Shown piece by piece: positions 40,369-55,064 of a stretch of 64,000 nucleotides of DNA (positions are counted from its first letter, which is position 1; each line of letters opens with the position of its first letter). The notes below the pieces were generated by a model. That model saw only the letters and a list, made by a program, of their open reading frames with translations, searched no databases and was not told where the DNA came from. Source of the DNA: Eledone cirrhosa (Eukaryota); NCBI GenBank assembly GCA_964016885.1, contig OZ024741.1:306838001-306902000 (forward strand). Reading direction: 5' to 3'. A program made the translations under genes and the position numbers.

Positions 40369-41578
40369 ATCTATATATTAATTTCAACAATGTCAGTGTT
40401 CCGTCTGTCATAATTCTCGATTATCATTGGTTCATAGGTTTCAAACGACTCCGTCCACCTCAACGACGCCAAACTTAAATTAATATGCATAATGCCAATA
40501 AGGGAGTGAGAGGGGAGAGTAAGAAACAGAGAGGCAAAGTGAACGCTGTGTTGGATACACTATGTATATGTGTCAGGGTAGAGACATGTGTGTGTGATGT
40601 GTGTGGAAATAAGAGGGGAAGGAAAGCAATAACTATTAACATGTGTGCGTGTGTATGTATGTGCGTGTATGTTTATGTGTGTGCGTGTGTGCAGCGTTCC
40701 ACAGAAAATAAAAACTATCAACATGTGTGAGTGCGTGCGTGTGTGTAAGTGCACGGGTGCCTGTGTAAGTTTGCGTGCGTGTGCGCGTTTCCATGCGTGT
40801 ATGTGTGTGTACGAGCGGCGTTCCACAACCGCCACGCAGTTTATCTGTCTGTGTGACTGTCTGTCAGTCTACCATACACAGAGTTGTGAAGGGAGTAAAT
40901 AGGGTCCTTTTTTATTGACGGACATCTTTTATATTTATTATTGTGTCATTTTTTGACAATTGCTCGAAATGAATACTGATAATAAAAGCAATTTGACTTC
41001 ATCAAACAGTGAACTATAGGGGCGACGGCGTGCAGCCAGGAATGAAGAAAAACGGGCCGAACAGCGTCATCGGAACGCCGAACTTCAGAGGTGAAAACGT
41101 GCCGCTATGAATGAATAGGAGCTGACGGAACAACGCCAACGAAACACTGGAGCCAAGCAGCGACGGCGTGCTGCGATGGTTGAAGACGAACTGGCTGAGC
41201 ATCATCTTTTATATTAATTTTCTATATCTATATCTACATATAATATAAAAGATTGGAACTTCCATTATCCTTTTGAGAAAAATGGAACAACCACGTCTAT
41301 GCAATGATACACGTTTTACAGTCAGGCAGAAGATAAACCATCTCCTAGAGGTCACTATTCTAGGTGGGAGCACCTAGAATTGTTCATATACTATGCACAA
41401 ACGGTACAACGAAGAATCTGGTAAATCTTGAAGATTTTTTTTACTGTTTTTTTGTATCAAACAGACACCACGGACTCGCCCCATACTGTAACCTCACAAA
41501 CATCCAATACAGTCGTTTTCTCTTTTACCTGTCTTCTCTTATCATGTTTACCCGAGCGAAGCTGGGTACATCAGCTAA
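40369..41578 (+). mobile_element. Internally deleted Helitron(s)
   Basis: A|TCTATATA starts near 40369 and 41221. Arg/Glu-rich repeat (RRAARNEEKRAEQR...) at ~41015-41205. Helicase remnant IILLRKMEQPRLCNDTR. Terminal tacccgagcgaagctgggta hairpin plus CTAA|T. Confidence 0.68.
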
Positions 41579-41594
41579 TATATATATATATATA

Positions 41595-42177
41595 TCATCC
41601 TCATTATCATCACCATCATCATCGTTTAACGTCCATCTTCCACGCTTGCATGGGTTTGGACGGGAATTTTCCCACTTGAGGCAAGATTGGTTGTCTTGCT
41701 CATAGAGGACTGCCTGGCGGGTATTCTACGGCTGGATGCCCTTCCTAACACCAACCACGTTTACAGTGTGGACTGGCAGGAGGTTTTTACCGTGTTGCCT
41801 ACACGGCCACATTACAGCGTGGACTGTGTGTTTTTTTTGTCGTGACACCTACACAACCTCATTTATTTCGGATTGGATGTTGTCGTACCAACATAACTTT
41901 ACATCGAAAGGGGTGGTGTGGATAGGGTGGGGGTAGTGGGACGGGTCTGTATTTTTGTTAAGAGGTGCCTACTGAGTGTAGGTTTCGCTTTGTACTTAGG
42001 CAAGGCGGGTCTTCTGTATTACTGTGTAGCGCCAAAGATCTTGGTCCAGTGACATTGTCTTGGAGAGGTGTAAGTGTGTGAGGTCGGAATTTATCAAGTC
42101 GTCCCAGGTTTTTCTGGGTCTGCCTACTCCGTGGCTACCGTCTATTTTGATCGCCCTGCACTTTTTATACAGCTGTC
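41595..42177 (-). mobile_element. RTE LINE 3' end (5'-truncated)
   Basis: [28 protein letters not shown]. Near-identical to 39078-39660. Confidence 0.88.
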
Positions 42178-42178
42178 G

Positions 42179-42209
<31 letters not shown>

Positions 42210-42262
42210 TTATATATACACATATATACACACATAAATATATTGTATATATATATATATTG

Positions 42263-42296
<34 letters not shown>

Positions 42297-42383
42297 TATA
42301 TTATATATATATATATATATATATTTACACATATATACACACATAAATATATTGTATATATATATATACACATATATATATTG

Positions 42384-42437
<54 letters not shown>

Positions 42438-42547
42438 TATATTGTATATATATATATATATACACACATATATATATTGTATATATATATGTATATATAT
42501 ATATATACATATATATACACACACACATATATATACATATATATATA

Positions 42548-42586
<39 letters not shown>

Positions 42587-42905
42587 TATATATTTATATA
42601 TATATATATACATATGTATAAATATATATACATATATATATATATTGTATATATATATATATATATACACATATATATATATATATATTGTATATATATA
42701 TATATATACACACATATATATATATACATGTAAAAAAGAAAATTTCGCTCTATATGGCTGAATACAACAAATGTAATCTGAGTGTCTTGAATATTAATAA
42801 TAACTTTTGATTCGTTTGCAATTATGCAAACAAGCCTCAATTGTATAGCCATGTCAGTAGAATGAACACTTCGTTCTTGCTCTTGTGTTGGCATGCGAAC
42901 AGAAC

Positions 42906-42947
42906 TGCAGACACAAATTTTTCTGGGTATCACCCTTCATCAGTACA
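42906..42947 (-). ncRNA. Hammerhead-like motif with weak stem III
   Basis: tgta-CTGATGA-agggt gat accca-GAAA-aatttgtg-TC-tgca. Confidence 0.5.
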
Positions 42948-43079
42948 TCTCACTGTTCACCTGCCAAACTGTCAGAGCTAGTGAAAATATATGCTATTTT
43001 CTAAAATACACTAAATGATGATGGTGATGATGATATATACTGCAGAATACTGAAGAAACTGGGGCAGAGCTTCAATCAG

Positions 43080-45190
43080 ACAGAGAGTGACCTGGTGGTG
43101 GAACAGCACAGTAGATAGGGCCATTATAGACAAAAGACTGGCATGGAAAGCTTGGAAAAAGAGTGGGAGTAGAGAAGGATATACCGCCGCTAAGAGAGAA
43201 GCTAGACGTCAGGTGTACTTAGCACGCAGGGAGGCTGAGAGTAGGAGGTTTACCAATGTTCTGCGACGGGAAGATCAGAGGCATGCGGTGTTCCACATTG
43301 CAAGGCAGAATGTCAATGCAAATCAGGATGTTGTTGGAGATAAATGTGTCCGGAATGATGCCGGTGTACTTAGTGTCACAAATGATCAGAAAAAGGAGGC
43401 CTGGAAATGTCATTATGAGAGACTGATGAATGTAAAGAACGAATGGGAAAGAGAGAATTACCCTCAGTAGATCCGACAGAGTGACCAGCTATTGAGATTG
43501 ATGGATATAGGGTTCAAGAGGCGATTAAGGAAATGAAAAATGGTAAGGCTGCTGGATCGTCGGGGATATTTGCTGAGATGCTGAAGGCATCAGGGGACAT
43601 AGGCACTAAACTGGTTGCACGCATCATCAATCAGGCTATATATGGCGGTCTCATACTCAAAGACTGGTACAGCAGTATTCTCATAAATTGCTACAAAGGT
43701 AAAGGGGATGCTCTGGAGAGGAGCAATTATAGGGGCATGAAACTGATGGATCAGGTTATGAAAGTGGCAGAAAGCATATTAGCACAACTAATTAGAGAAA
43801 GGGTCAAACTAGATGAGATGCAATTTGGTTTTGTGCCTGGGAAAAGTACAACAGATGCCCTCTTCTTGGTGAGACAGTTACAAGAGAGATTCTTAGAGAA
43901 GAATAAGCCACTATACTTAGCTTTTGTTGACCTATAGAAGGCCTGTGATAGGGTACCCCGATCTGTCATCTGGTGGTCCCTAAGGAAACTAGGTGTTGAG
44001 GAATGGCTTGCGAGGACAGTGCAAACTTTGTTCAGAGGTGCTGTCAGTAAAGTGAGTGTAGGAATGGAGTTTAGTGAGGAATTACAGATACAAGTAGGAG
44101 TACATCAAGGTTCGGTCCTCAGCCCGCTCTTGTTCATTATAGTCAGAGGAGTTTAAGACTGGCTGTCCATGGGAACTTCTCTATGCTGACGATCTGCTTC
44201 TTATAGCAGAATCAGTAGAGGAGCTAGAGAATAAATTCTGGCTATGGAAACAGCAGTTGGAAGCAAGAGGACTGAGAGTGAACTTAGCTAAGACAAAAGT
44301 GTTGATAAGTAGAAAAGAGGACAAAACTCTGATTCCGTCAGAGAAATGGCCATGTTCGATATGCAGAAAAGGAACTGGCATACATTCTATAAAATGCACA
44401 CAATGCAGATCCTGGGTACACAAAAGATGTAGTGGGATGGCAGGCAAACTAACAGGTAGGGAGAAATACGTATGCAGTAGATGTACAGGGAAATTAGACA
44501 GTAGAAGTCGCATTGATAGACACATTTTTCAAATGCAGGCGGGTTCTATAGAAGTGGTGGATAGCTTCAGGTACCTAGGAGATCAGATTAGCATGGGAGG
44601 GGGGGGGGGGGTTCCGAGGCCATAGTATCTAGAATAAGGATGGGTTGGAAGAAGTTTAGGGAGCTGCTTCCTCTGCTGATGAAGAAGGGTTTCTCCCTGC
44701 GTATAAAAGGCCGGTAATATGATGCCTGTGTGATGAGTGTGATGCTGCATGGTAGTGAGACATGTGCAGAAACTGCAGACGATATGTGACGGCTGGAGAA
44801 AAATGAGGCAAACATGCTCCATTGGATGTGCAACTTCAATGTGCGTGAATGACCCAGCAAGGTAGTGTTGAGAGAGAAACTGTCTGAGAGGGATAGAATG
44901 ATGTAGTGTGTGAGAGAGGAGACTGCGGTGGTATGGACATCTGATGCGCATGGAGGATGACAGATGTGTGAAGAAGTGCCAGGAAATGCCAGTTGAAGGA
45001 AGACGTGGTAGAGGTAGACCACGAAAAACATGGGCGGAGGTGGTGAGAACAGACCTCAGATCGTTGAAGCTCACGGTGGTGATGACGAAGGACCGTGACA
45101 AGTGGAGAGATGCTGTGCTGAATCAGACATGTCCCACCCTTGCAAGCAGGGAAAAGCGGACGTAAAATGATGATGATGATGATGATGATG
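43080..45190 (+). mobile_element. RTE LINE (third subfamily), RT to (GAT)n tail
   Basis: TWWWNSTV...QFGFVPGKSTTDA...KTGCPWELLYADD...GRGRPRKTW. Confidence 0.92.
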
Positions 45191-45658
45191 ATTAGGTCGG
45201 TGATAAACAAGAAGAAGAACATATTTGCATCCTTAGTAATTGGGATGAAGGCATCAAGCTTAATGCTTAGAGTATTGGGCTCACAATCGTGAGGTTATGA
45301 GTTTGGCTCCTTGATGGGGCGGTGCATTGTGTCCTTATGCAAAACACTTTATTTCACGTTCTCTAGTTCACTCAGCTGTAAAAAGTGAGCTGCGATATCA
45401 CCGATGTCAAGCTGTATCAGCCATTGCCATACTCTTAGACAAATCATATATAGTGTATCACCATCATTGTTTTACATCCAATTTCCACACCAGCATGAGT
45501 TAGACGAGTTGTCCTGTTGTGGGCAATGCTAGGTTAGGTGACCACATCTTGCTCATGGAGAACTGATTTTGGCTTGGTTTCTACAGCTGGATACCCTTCC
45601 TAACACCAACCTCATTTACAGTGAGCACTGGGTGCTTTTTGTCGTGACACCCACATGA

Positions 45659-45725
<67 letters not shown>

Positions 45726-45744
45726 ATATATAGTAAATATATAC

Positions 45745-46826
45745 AACGTGGAACAGCATAGTAGATAAGGCCATTAGAGACAAAAGACTGGCATGGAAGG
45801 CTTGGAAAAATGGTGGGAGTAGAGAAGGATACACAGCCGCTAAGAGAGAAGGTAGACATCAGGTCTACTTAGCACGCAGGGAGGCTGAGAGTAGGAGGTT
45901 TGACAATGTTCTACAATGGGAAGATCAGAGACGTGCGGTGTTCTGCATTGCAAGGCAATGTGTCCGTGCAAATCAGGATGTTGTTGGAGATAAGTGTCTC
46001 TGAAATGATGCCGGTGTACTTAGTGTGACAAATGATAAAAAAAGGGAGGTCTGGAAATGTCATTATGAGAGACTGATGAATGTGGAGAATGAATGGGAGA
46101 GAGAGAAATTACCCCCAGTAGACCCAACAGAGGGACCAGCTATTGAGATTGATGAATATAGGGTAAAAGAGGCAATTAAGGAAATGAAGAATGTTAAGGC
46201 TGATGGACAGTTGGGGATAGTTGCTGAGATGCTGAAGGCATCAGAAGTAGACACTAAACTGATTGCACACATCATCAATCAAGCTATATATGGTGGTGTC
46301 ATACTCAAAGACTGGTGCAGCAGTATTCTTCTCATAAATTGATACAAAGGTAAAGGGGATGCTCTGGAGAGGAGCAATTATAGGAGCATAAAACTGATGG
46401 ATCAGGTTATGAAAGTGGTAGAAAGGATTGTACCTCGGAAAAGTACAACAGATGCCGACTTCTTGGTGAGACAACTACAAGAGAGGTTCTTAGAGAAGAA
46501 TAAGCCACTATACTTAGCTTTTGTTGACCTAGAGAAGGCATTTGATAGGGTACCCCGATCTGTCATCTGGTGGTCCCTAAGGAAACTAGGTGTAGAGGAA
46601 TGGCTTGTGAGAACAGTGAAAGCTATGTACAGGGGTGTTGTCGGTAAAGTTAGAGTAGGAATGGAGTTTAATGAGGAATTACAGATACAAGTAGGTTTAT
46701 ATGAGGGTTCGGTCCTCAGCCCGATCTTGTTTATTATAGTCCTCCAAGCCATAACAGAAGAGTTTAAGACTGGATGCCCATGGGAACTTCTCTATGCTGA
46801 CGATCTGGTTCTTATAGCAGAATCAG
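45745..46826 (+). mobile_element. RTE LINE RT fragment
   Basis: FVDLEKAFDRVPR...KTGCPWELLYADDLVL. Truncated by the adjacent HHR cassette. Confidence 0.9.
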
Positions 46827-47010
46827 TACTTATGAAGAAATAGTAGACAAATGATATAGATTCTTTTCCGCGATATACAACTACATGACATTTACCTAAT
46901 ATTCCTTCTATCCTGTAGAAATTGACTAGACAAATAGTTAACTACACGGAATTAGGTACAAAATCGAAGTTAGAAGAAAAAATGCACATAAATTTCACCA
47001 GAATTCTCAG

Positions 47011-47094
47011 TCTCTACCAACCGGCGGTTTCGTTCCACTTTTTGGATATATTTCGTCTTGGATAAATCCACAAGACTCGGAACTCATCAGGAGA
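47011..47094 (-). ncRNA. Type I hammerhead, canonical core, branched ~50-nt stem II
   Basis: tctc-CTGATGA-gttcc...ggaac-GAAA-ccgccggttgg-TA-gaga. The cassette is bounded by a 23-bp direct repeat (46827-46849 / 47526-47548). Confidence 0.78.
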
Positions 47095-47543
47095 TACCTC
47101 AGACTGGACTAAAATTCTTCTACCATGATCCCCGCCAGAAATGAATTCAAAATGCCTAAGAACCATCACGTGGCGAGTGGTCAAGGCAGAAAGTTTGTGA
47201 TTGATGCCTGTCGGCGAGTAGGCTGGTTGCTAGAAACCACAGCCGAATATTGCCTAAAGATTTATTCAACCTTACGGGAGTATATATTAAATTCAAAGGG
47301 TATATATATATATAAATTAGACAAAGTCATACAAATATATATGTGTTTGGCAACCATTCACGGTGTGGCTCAATGGAGAATTAATTAAATAATTATCAGA
47401 GCAATATATAAAAAAATGTAAGTCCAAAGAATCATTAAATAAAATATACACAGTATTTCATCTCCCAATCAGTATAAATTAACCACACAAAAAATCAATT
47501 AAACGAGGCTATAAGTTTAAAATGTACTTATGAAGAAATAGTA

Positions 47544-47605
<62 letters not shown>

Positions 47606-47608
47606 ATA

Positions 47609-47668
<60 letters not shown>

Positions 47669-47669
47669 G

Positions 47670-49290
47670 ATAACAAATTATCGTTATAGGTAATCCAGTT
47701 AGAGGTTGTGAATACTCCGTAATGTGGATGGTTTTAGTGTACGGCATTGTTTGACTCAACAAGAGGTTTCCTTAGGTAGCGAGTTTGTGAGTTCTCAGGA
47801 GTTCCTATGCAATCTTGGAGTAATAATAGTGAAAGATGCAGAATAACATGGTCAACAGTACAAAATGGGTTTTATTTACAGTATTAACAATTGTTTCATT
47901 GATTAAGTTGTCTAAAAATTGCTAATCACTTGAAGTTGTGTCACTCAATTTTAAATACAATGCATCAGAAAAACTGTTTAAAATTATACACAGCGTTTGT
48001 AATATACTAGGAAAATTCAAATTACAACATCAATAATAAAGAAAGAAAAAGTAAACTAGAAAAAGATAGAGAGAAAAAGAAAGAAGAAAAAATAAAAAAG
48101 ATAAAGAAAAAGAAAAAGGAAAAGGAAAAGAAAAAATAATAAATAAGTTATAATGAAGATAATAAAAAAAAAATTTATATGTGCGAAGAGAAGTGAACAT
48201 AATATGATCGTTGAAAATAGTTGTGGTGTTGGTGGTTAAAATATAAAGATGTGATGGTATAAACATGAAAATATTAAAAATATGTATTGGTTAAATTAAT
48301 AAATTAATAAATTGGAAGTTATGTTAGAAGTGAAGAGAATACGATAGGATATAATGTAAGAGGTGAAATATATTTAGGGAAAGAGAATGAAAGAGAGAAA
48401 AGTTAGGAGGTAATGATGTTGATTCATTGATTAGTTGATTTATTGACAGTTAATAATAACAATAATGGTTTATTATAATAGGCTCAGTTGGTACAATTTG
48501 AATTATGGAATTGTTGGGTCAAATCAAGTTGGTTTGAAATTAGCGAATTTAGTAGCTGCTTTATGCCTACAGAAAATTGACCGCTCTATTTTGCTGTTAA
48601 GCAGCATTTTGTTGTATTTTAAAATATGGAGCAACTCCATATTGCAAAGTACGCAGTGGGACATTCCATTTCTGTAGGACTTTGCCCCTGACAGTTTCGA
48701 CCAGCTAATCCAGTATACTTGGTTTGTATCTTTCAGAGCCAGATTTTATTGGCGGGTGTTGTTGTGTTCATTAGTTTACGGTTCTTTATAGAATGTCTGT
48801 GAACATACCATCTTTTTTTTTAACTCCCCCGCCGTAGAACCTATGTAGTGCCATGATAAGCTGCCTGAAATTATAGTACACAGGTACACTATATTTGACT
48901 CCAGGCATCTATTTTGTAGTGGGCACTTATCCGGTAAGTGACAGTTACATTTTGAGGCCTTCCTGCGTGGTGGTTCACCGATGCGGTTTTGTATGTTGTT
49001 ATGTATGGGCTGAGATCTGGGTTTGTTGATGTTTTGTTGTGATGCGTTCTGATGTGTGAGGTTGCGATGTTGTTATGTGTTTGTGTTTTGTATTTGGTGT
49101 TATGCTGCTTGTTTGCAGGCTATTTGTATTAGAGATTCTTTTATAGTTAATTTTATGTATGTGTGATTCTATGTTGGTTGCAGTAGAGTAACATAGTTTG
49201 ATAGTATTTCTATTAATAATTTTATGGTATTTGTGAAGTTTAGGGAAGTGCTTGTCAAATAATTTAAAGAATGTAGAAGTTGTTTTGTTG
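47670..49290 (-). mobile_element. Penelope-like element 3' fragment with HHR-like motif at 47879-47976
   Basis: FFKLFDKHFPKLHKYHKIINRNTIKLCYS, CNCHLPDKCPLQNRC, YLC...YIGSTAG, CVLCNME, FCRHK. The 3' motif is cagttttt-CTGATGC-attg...caat-GAAA-caattg-TT-aatactg. Confidence 0.8.
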
Positions 49291-49640
49291 ATGTGAAAAA
49301 TATGCAGCATATTTTTCACATCAACAAAACAACTTGTTCTCATTCCCAGCCAACTTTTCAGGAAGCATGATGGAAGAAATTTTACTCAAACATTCGATTT
49401 TGATTTTAATTTTAAACCTTTCTTTACTCCTATCAACACTTTTTAATTAACTTTTTTCACTGAATTTGAGAAGATGGATCTTAATACATCGTAACCGGTA
49501 ATTTTCTCATATACATTATATACTTCATAAAAAATTTTTTTTTTAAAGAATTGTCCCTCTCTTTTAATAACAGACCCATAAATATATCTCCCGTGCTATT
49601 TCCAACTTCATCTTTTCTCTCTCTATATATATATATATTG

Positions 49641-49676
<36 letters not shown>

Positions 49677-49732
49677 ATGTATATATATATATATATTGTA
49701 TATATATATATATATATATATAGATATATATT

Positions 49733-49891
<159 letters not shown>

Positions 49892-50202
49892 ATATATTTA
49901 TATTGTATATATATATATGTATAAATATTTCATATCTCCAAAGAAATACGGTTTTAGGAAGCCGTAGCTATGCAACACCGGGAGGGGTGGGGTGGGGTGG
50001 GGGGGTTATGCCATCTGGTGATGTCCAGCAGAAGCAAGGGGGACAACCGTCTATGTCTTTAAGGGCTTAACTGGCCTTTGTCAGGACGGTCCCTCCCACC
50101 GCTTGCGACTGCTGGACTAGAAGACAGGCGAGAATATATACTTTTCTCGTCTATGCATTTCAGGCCTGTCTTCTAGTCCAGCAGTCGCAAGCGGTGGGAG
50201 GG

Positions 50203-50246
50203 ACCGTCCTGACGAAGGCTAGTTAAGCCTGAAATGCATAGACGGT
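50203..50246 (+). ncRNA. Textbook minimal type I hammerhead within fold-back 50017-50275
   Basis: accgtc-CTGACGA-aggct agtta agcct-GAAA-tgca-TA-gacggt, with palindromic stem III ATGCAT. Confidence 0.88.
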
Positions 50247-50289
50247 TGTCCCCCTTGCTTCTGTTGGACATCACCCACCTGAGGGCTTT

Positions 50290-51600
50290 TCATAATTGCA
50301 TACCAGTTGGCATTATAGAGATGCATGTTATCAAATGGGTGCGCTGGAAAGAGGTCCCTACGATAAGCTTTTGGCGGGTGGAATCTCAGATTACAAAGAA
50401 CCATGTCATGGTCTGAGAGAAGGGTTTTTCTACTGTGATATTATGTATAGTGTTAGTGTGGTTACTAAACACTAGGTCCAGAATGTTCTTTTGATGCCTT
50501 GTGGGTGCAAGGACAAGTTGGGAAAGAAAAAACTCATTCATAAAGTCGAGAAGTGACTCGACTGCTTCTTTGTCAGTGGTTGAGGTTGGAATGCCTGGTT
50601 TCAAACTGTTGGTACATCAATTGAACAGGGTAGATTAAAGTCTCCCATCCATCAAAAGTATTTTGCTAGAATGGCACTGTTGAATAAAGCACTTAATGCT
50701 GTTGAGGCATTCTTTGAAGCAGATTATGGGTGTTTGGGGAGGCCTATAGAGCCCAACTAATATCAGGTCATTGGCTTTGTTGTGCACAGTGACTGATTCA
50801 CAGTAGCCATTGGAGAATGTTGTGTTACCATCTGCTGTAAAGGAATCATGCAGGAAAATGACAGTTGCCTCCTCCCTTCTGCCAACACGATCTGCCCAGC
50901 TGGTTGTGAAATTCCTCACTCTTACTTCAGCCTCCAAGTGGGAGTTGTCAAGGTGGGTCTCAGCAAGAATGGAGAAGGGGATGTGAAATGGATGGTTACC
51001 AACCCAATCCTCAATGAATTGGATCTCCCATTTCTGTGCATTAATGGATGGGCTGATACCTTGTGTATTGAGTAAAAATGTGGAGGCTAGTGTGGTGGCT
51101 GGTTTTGACTGTTGCAGGGGGCTTGTTTTGAGATTGTGTGTTAGTGGCAGCAAGGGTGGTGTTGGGTGATGGCTAAAATGTTTTTCTTTATCTCTTTTGC
51201 CAGGTTCATGGCTAAAAAAGAAAAATGTTCTTGTTCAGGGAGCAGTTTTTGATTGGAATTGTGGTTACACCATTGGATAGGGCTGCAGTTCCCTCTTTTG
51301 TTGTTGTTGTTGTATTTGTTGTAATTGTGTCTTGGTGAAAAGATTGGAGCAGCATTACTTTTGTTGTTGTTGTATTTGTTGTTGTTGTAATTGTGTCTTT
51401 GTTAAAGGACTGGAGCAGCATTACTTTTGTTGTTGTTTTTGTTGCTGTATTTGTTGTTGTAATTGTGTCTTTGTGAAAAGACTGAAGCAGCATTACTGCA
51501 GCAGGGAGTGGCTTTATTGTGATTTGTGTGTTGGCTTGAAGCCCCTTTTCTATTCGTGCATTGTGTCACAGGAAGTCGAGTGAAGGGAAAGTCACTCTGC
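50290..51600 (-). mobile_element. CR1-like LINE APE endonuclease fragment with upstream tandem repeats
   Basis: SILAETHL, ADRVGR, LVGLYRPP, GDFN-like motif, LSQLVLAPTR..NILDLVFSN. Three ~65-70-bp repeats at 51296-51496. Confidence 0.72.
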
Positions 51601-51682
51601 AGACATAGTCTCTCACTTTTGGAATGTCGGCAGATTTTGGGACTCCAACTTAGATAGATATATATAGATTTTGGGACTCCAA

Positions 51683-51714
<32 letters not shown>

Positions 51715-51717
<3 letters not shown>

Positions 51718-52825
51718 TCATCATCATCATCATCATCATTTTACGTCCGATTTTCCCTGCTTGCAAGGGTGGGACGGGTCTTATTCAGCACAGCATCTCT
51801 CCACTCGTCACGGTCTCTCGTCATCTCCACCGTGAGCTTCAATGATCTGAGGTCTGTTCTCACCACCTCCGCCCATGTTTTTTGTGGTCTACCTCTACAA
51901 CGTCTTCCTTCAACTGGCAATTCCTGGCACTTCTTCACACATCGGTCATCCTCCATGCGCATCACATGTCCATACCACCTCAGTGTCCTCTCCCGTACAC
52001 TACATTCTATCCTTCTCAGAAACAGTTTCTCTCTCAACACATTTAAGCTGGGTCGTTCACGCACATTTACACTGCACATCCAACGGAGCATGCTTGCCTC
52101 ATTTCTCTTCAGCCGTCGCATGTCCTCTGCAGTTACTGCCCATGTCTCACTACCATGCAGCATCGCGCTCCTCACACAGGCATCATACAACCAGCATTTC
52201 GTACGCAGGGAGAAACACTTCTTCGTCAACAGAGGAAGCAGCTCCCTAAACTTCTTCCAACCCGTCCTTATTCTAGATACTATGGCCTCGGAATACCCTC
52301 CCCCCTCCCATGCTAATCTGATCGCCTAGGTACCGGAAGCTATCCACCACTTCTATAGCGCCCTCCTGCATTTGAAAAATGTGTCTATCAATGCGACTTC
52401 TACTGTCTAATTTCCCTGTACATCTACTGCATACATATTTCTCTCTACCTGTTAGTTTGCCTGCTATCCCGCTACATCTCTTGTGTACCCAGGATCTGCA
52501 TTGTGTGCATTTTATAGAATTTATGCCAGTTCTTTTTCTGCATATCGAACATGGCCATTTCCCTGACGGAATCAGGGTTTTGTCCTCTTTTCTACTCATC
52601 AACACTTTTGTCTTAGCTAGGTTCACTCTCAGTCCTCTTGCTTCCAACTGCTGTTTCCATAGCCAGAATTTATTCTCTAGCTCCTCTACTGATTCTGCTA
52701 TAAGAAGCAGATCGTCAGCATAGAGAAGCTCCCATGGACAGCCAGTCTTAAACTCCTCTGTTATGGCTTGGAGGACTATAATGAACAAGTGCGGGCTGAT
52801 GACCGAACCCTGATGTACTCCTAAT
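51715..52825 (-). mobile_element. RTE LINE 3' portion (same subfamily as 43080-45190)
   Basis: [10 protein letters not shown]...WELLYADD...LRWYGHV...GRPQKTW, with a (CAT)n tail on the + strand. Confidence 0.92.
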
Positions 52826-52844
52826 TGTATATATATATATATAC

Positions 52845-52878
<34 letters not shown>

Positions 52879-52978
52879 ATATATACAATATATGTATATA
52901 TATATATATATATACATTCAATATAAATATATATGTACATTATATATATATACATAGATATATATATATAATATATAC

Positions 52979-53021
<43 letters not shown>

Positions 53022-53027
53022 ATATAC

Positions 53028-53086
<59 letters not shown>

Positions 53087-53089
<3 letters not shown>

Positions 53090-53420
53090 TGGCTGCCAAC
53101 TCGTTTTCGAGTACGGTCACTACTTTATATCCATGTAGGAGAACTCCTACCGATGCGCTGAATGAGTGTCACTTTTTAGTCCAGCCAGCGACTTGAAAAC
53201 TCTGGTTCAAACACTACACTTGTGACAATTATTGACACATAGTGCTGGGCCCATGGTACCATGTGACGATAAGTGCAGAGAGATCTCCAGATATAAAGCA
53301 ATGCCTGTGCTGTGAAGCTTTTATAGTGGACAAAGGCACTGCACAAAGCCAGTCCCACTCTCTTAACCAAGATGATATTTACCAAAAAGAAGAACAAGTC
53401 AACATCATTGGATACCATCA
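53087..53420 (-). mobile_element. Probable BovB-like RTE 3' end
   Basis: Degenerate C2H2-like HKCSV*TRVFKSLAGLKS. The terminus resembles the sequence at ~1577 (tggctgc.aactcgt). Confidence 0.5.
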
Positions 53421-53788
53421 GGGTTGCAGGTGTTACATCAGAATTTTCCTTCTCCTAGAATTCTGCCTTGACAAAGGCTAAGGGGTCATCTCTCCCTATA
53501 TACATATATATACACAATATATATATATACACAATATATATATACATATTATATATATATATATATATTTATATATAGATATACCTTTATTTGTCTGCCT
53601 CTCTGTTTTGTTCCTGTCCAAATTTGCACTATAATATATGTATATATACAAAATATATATATAAATATATATATATACATATAATATATATATATATTTA
53701 TATATACATTTTGTATATATAAATATATATTATAGTGCAAATTTGGACAGGAACAAAACAGAGAGGCAGACAAATAAAGGTATATCTA

Positions 53789-53976
<188 letters not shown>

Positions 53977-54184
53977 CTAAATATATATATATGTATATAT
54001 ACATATATATACAATATACATATATATACAATATACATATTTATATATTTTGATATATATATATACACATATATATACAATATACATATATATATATACA
54101 TATATATATACATATATACATATACATATATACAATATACATATATATATATACATATATATATATACATATATATATATACAT

Positions 54185-54264
<80 letters not shown>

Positions 54265-54268
54265 GTAC

Positions 54269-54314
<46 letters not shown>

Positions 54315-54766
54315 AGGTAAGTTATTCCGGGTTGAATCAAAGCTAACCACAGTAAGTAAGGTACTCAATACATAGCAGAGTATAAAAGTGTTAATATAGA
54401 TGAGATTCTACAGGATTAGAACTGTTTCATTCTTTAGAAATCATCAGGAATCTGGCTTTCCAAAAATAAATGTTGTGGTATTTATATCTTTTCAGGTGGT
54501 AGGAGAGGGTGGGGAGTGGGATGGGTGGAGGTCATTGGTTGAAAGAAAAGGGAATTCTTTAAAAAATTAGAAGTGGCACCGCATTCTGAACTTGTTTATA
54601 GAATTCTTTCTGCCTTTGTCACTCTAAATATAATTTATAGCCTTAAAGAATTAGCTTATAATGAATTCCCTTTTCTTTCAACCAATGACCTCCACCCATC
54701 CCACTCCCCACCCTCTCCTACCACCTGAAAAGATATAAATACCACAACATTTATTTTTGGAAAGCC

Positions 54767-54817
54767 AGATTCCTGATGATTTCTAAATAATGAAACAGTT
54801 CTAGTCCTGTAGAATCT
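54767..54817 (+). ncRNA. Type I hammerhead in fold-back 54391-54829 (antisense copy at 54403-54453)
   Basis: agattc-CTGATGA-tttctaaa(g/t)aat-GAAA-cag..8 nt..ctg-TA-gaatct. Confidence 0.8.
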
Positions 54818-54829
54818 CATCTATATTAA

Positions 54830-54914
<85 letters not shown>

Positions 54915-55064
54915 TATATATATATGTACACAATATATATATATATATATACACTATATATATATATATATAAATATACACATATATATATATACAATAT
55001 ATATAGACAATATATAAATACAATACATATACATACACTTGTTTATTGTAATTTTAAATATATA

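Noticed and set aside
41996-42933. Long [12 protein letters not shown]/poly-S/poly-F ORFs throughout the track
   Set aside because: They are translations of microsatellites that lack stop codons, not genes.
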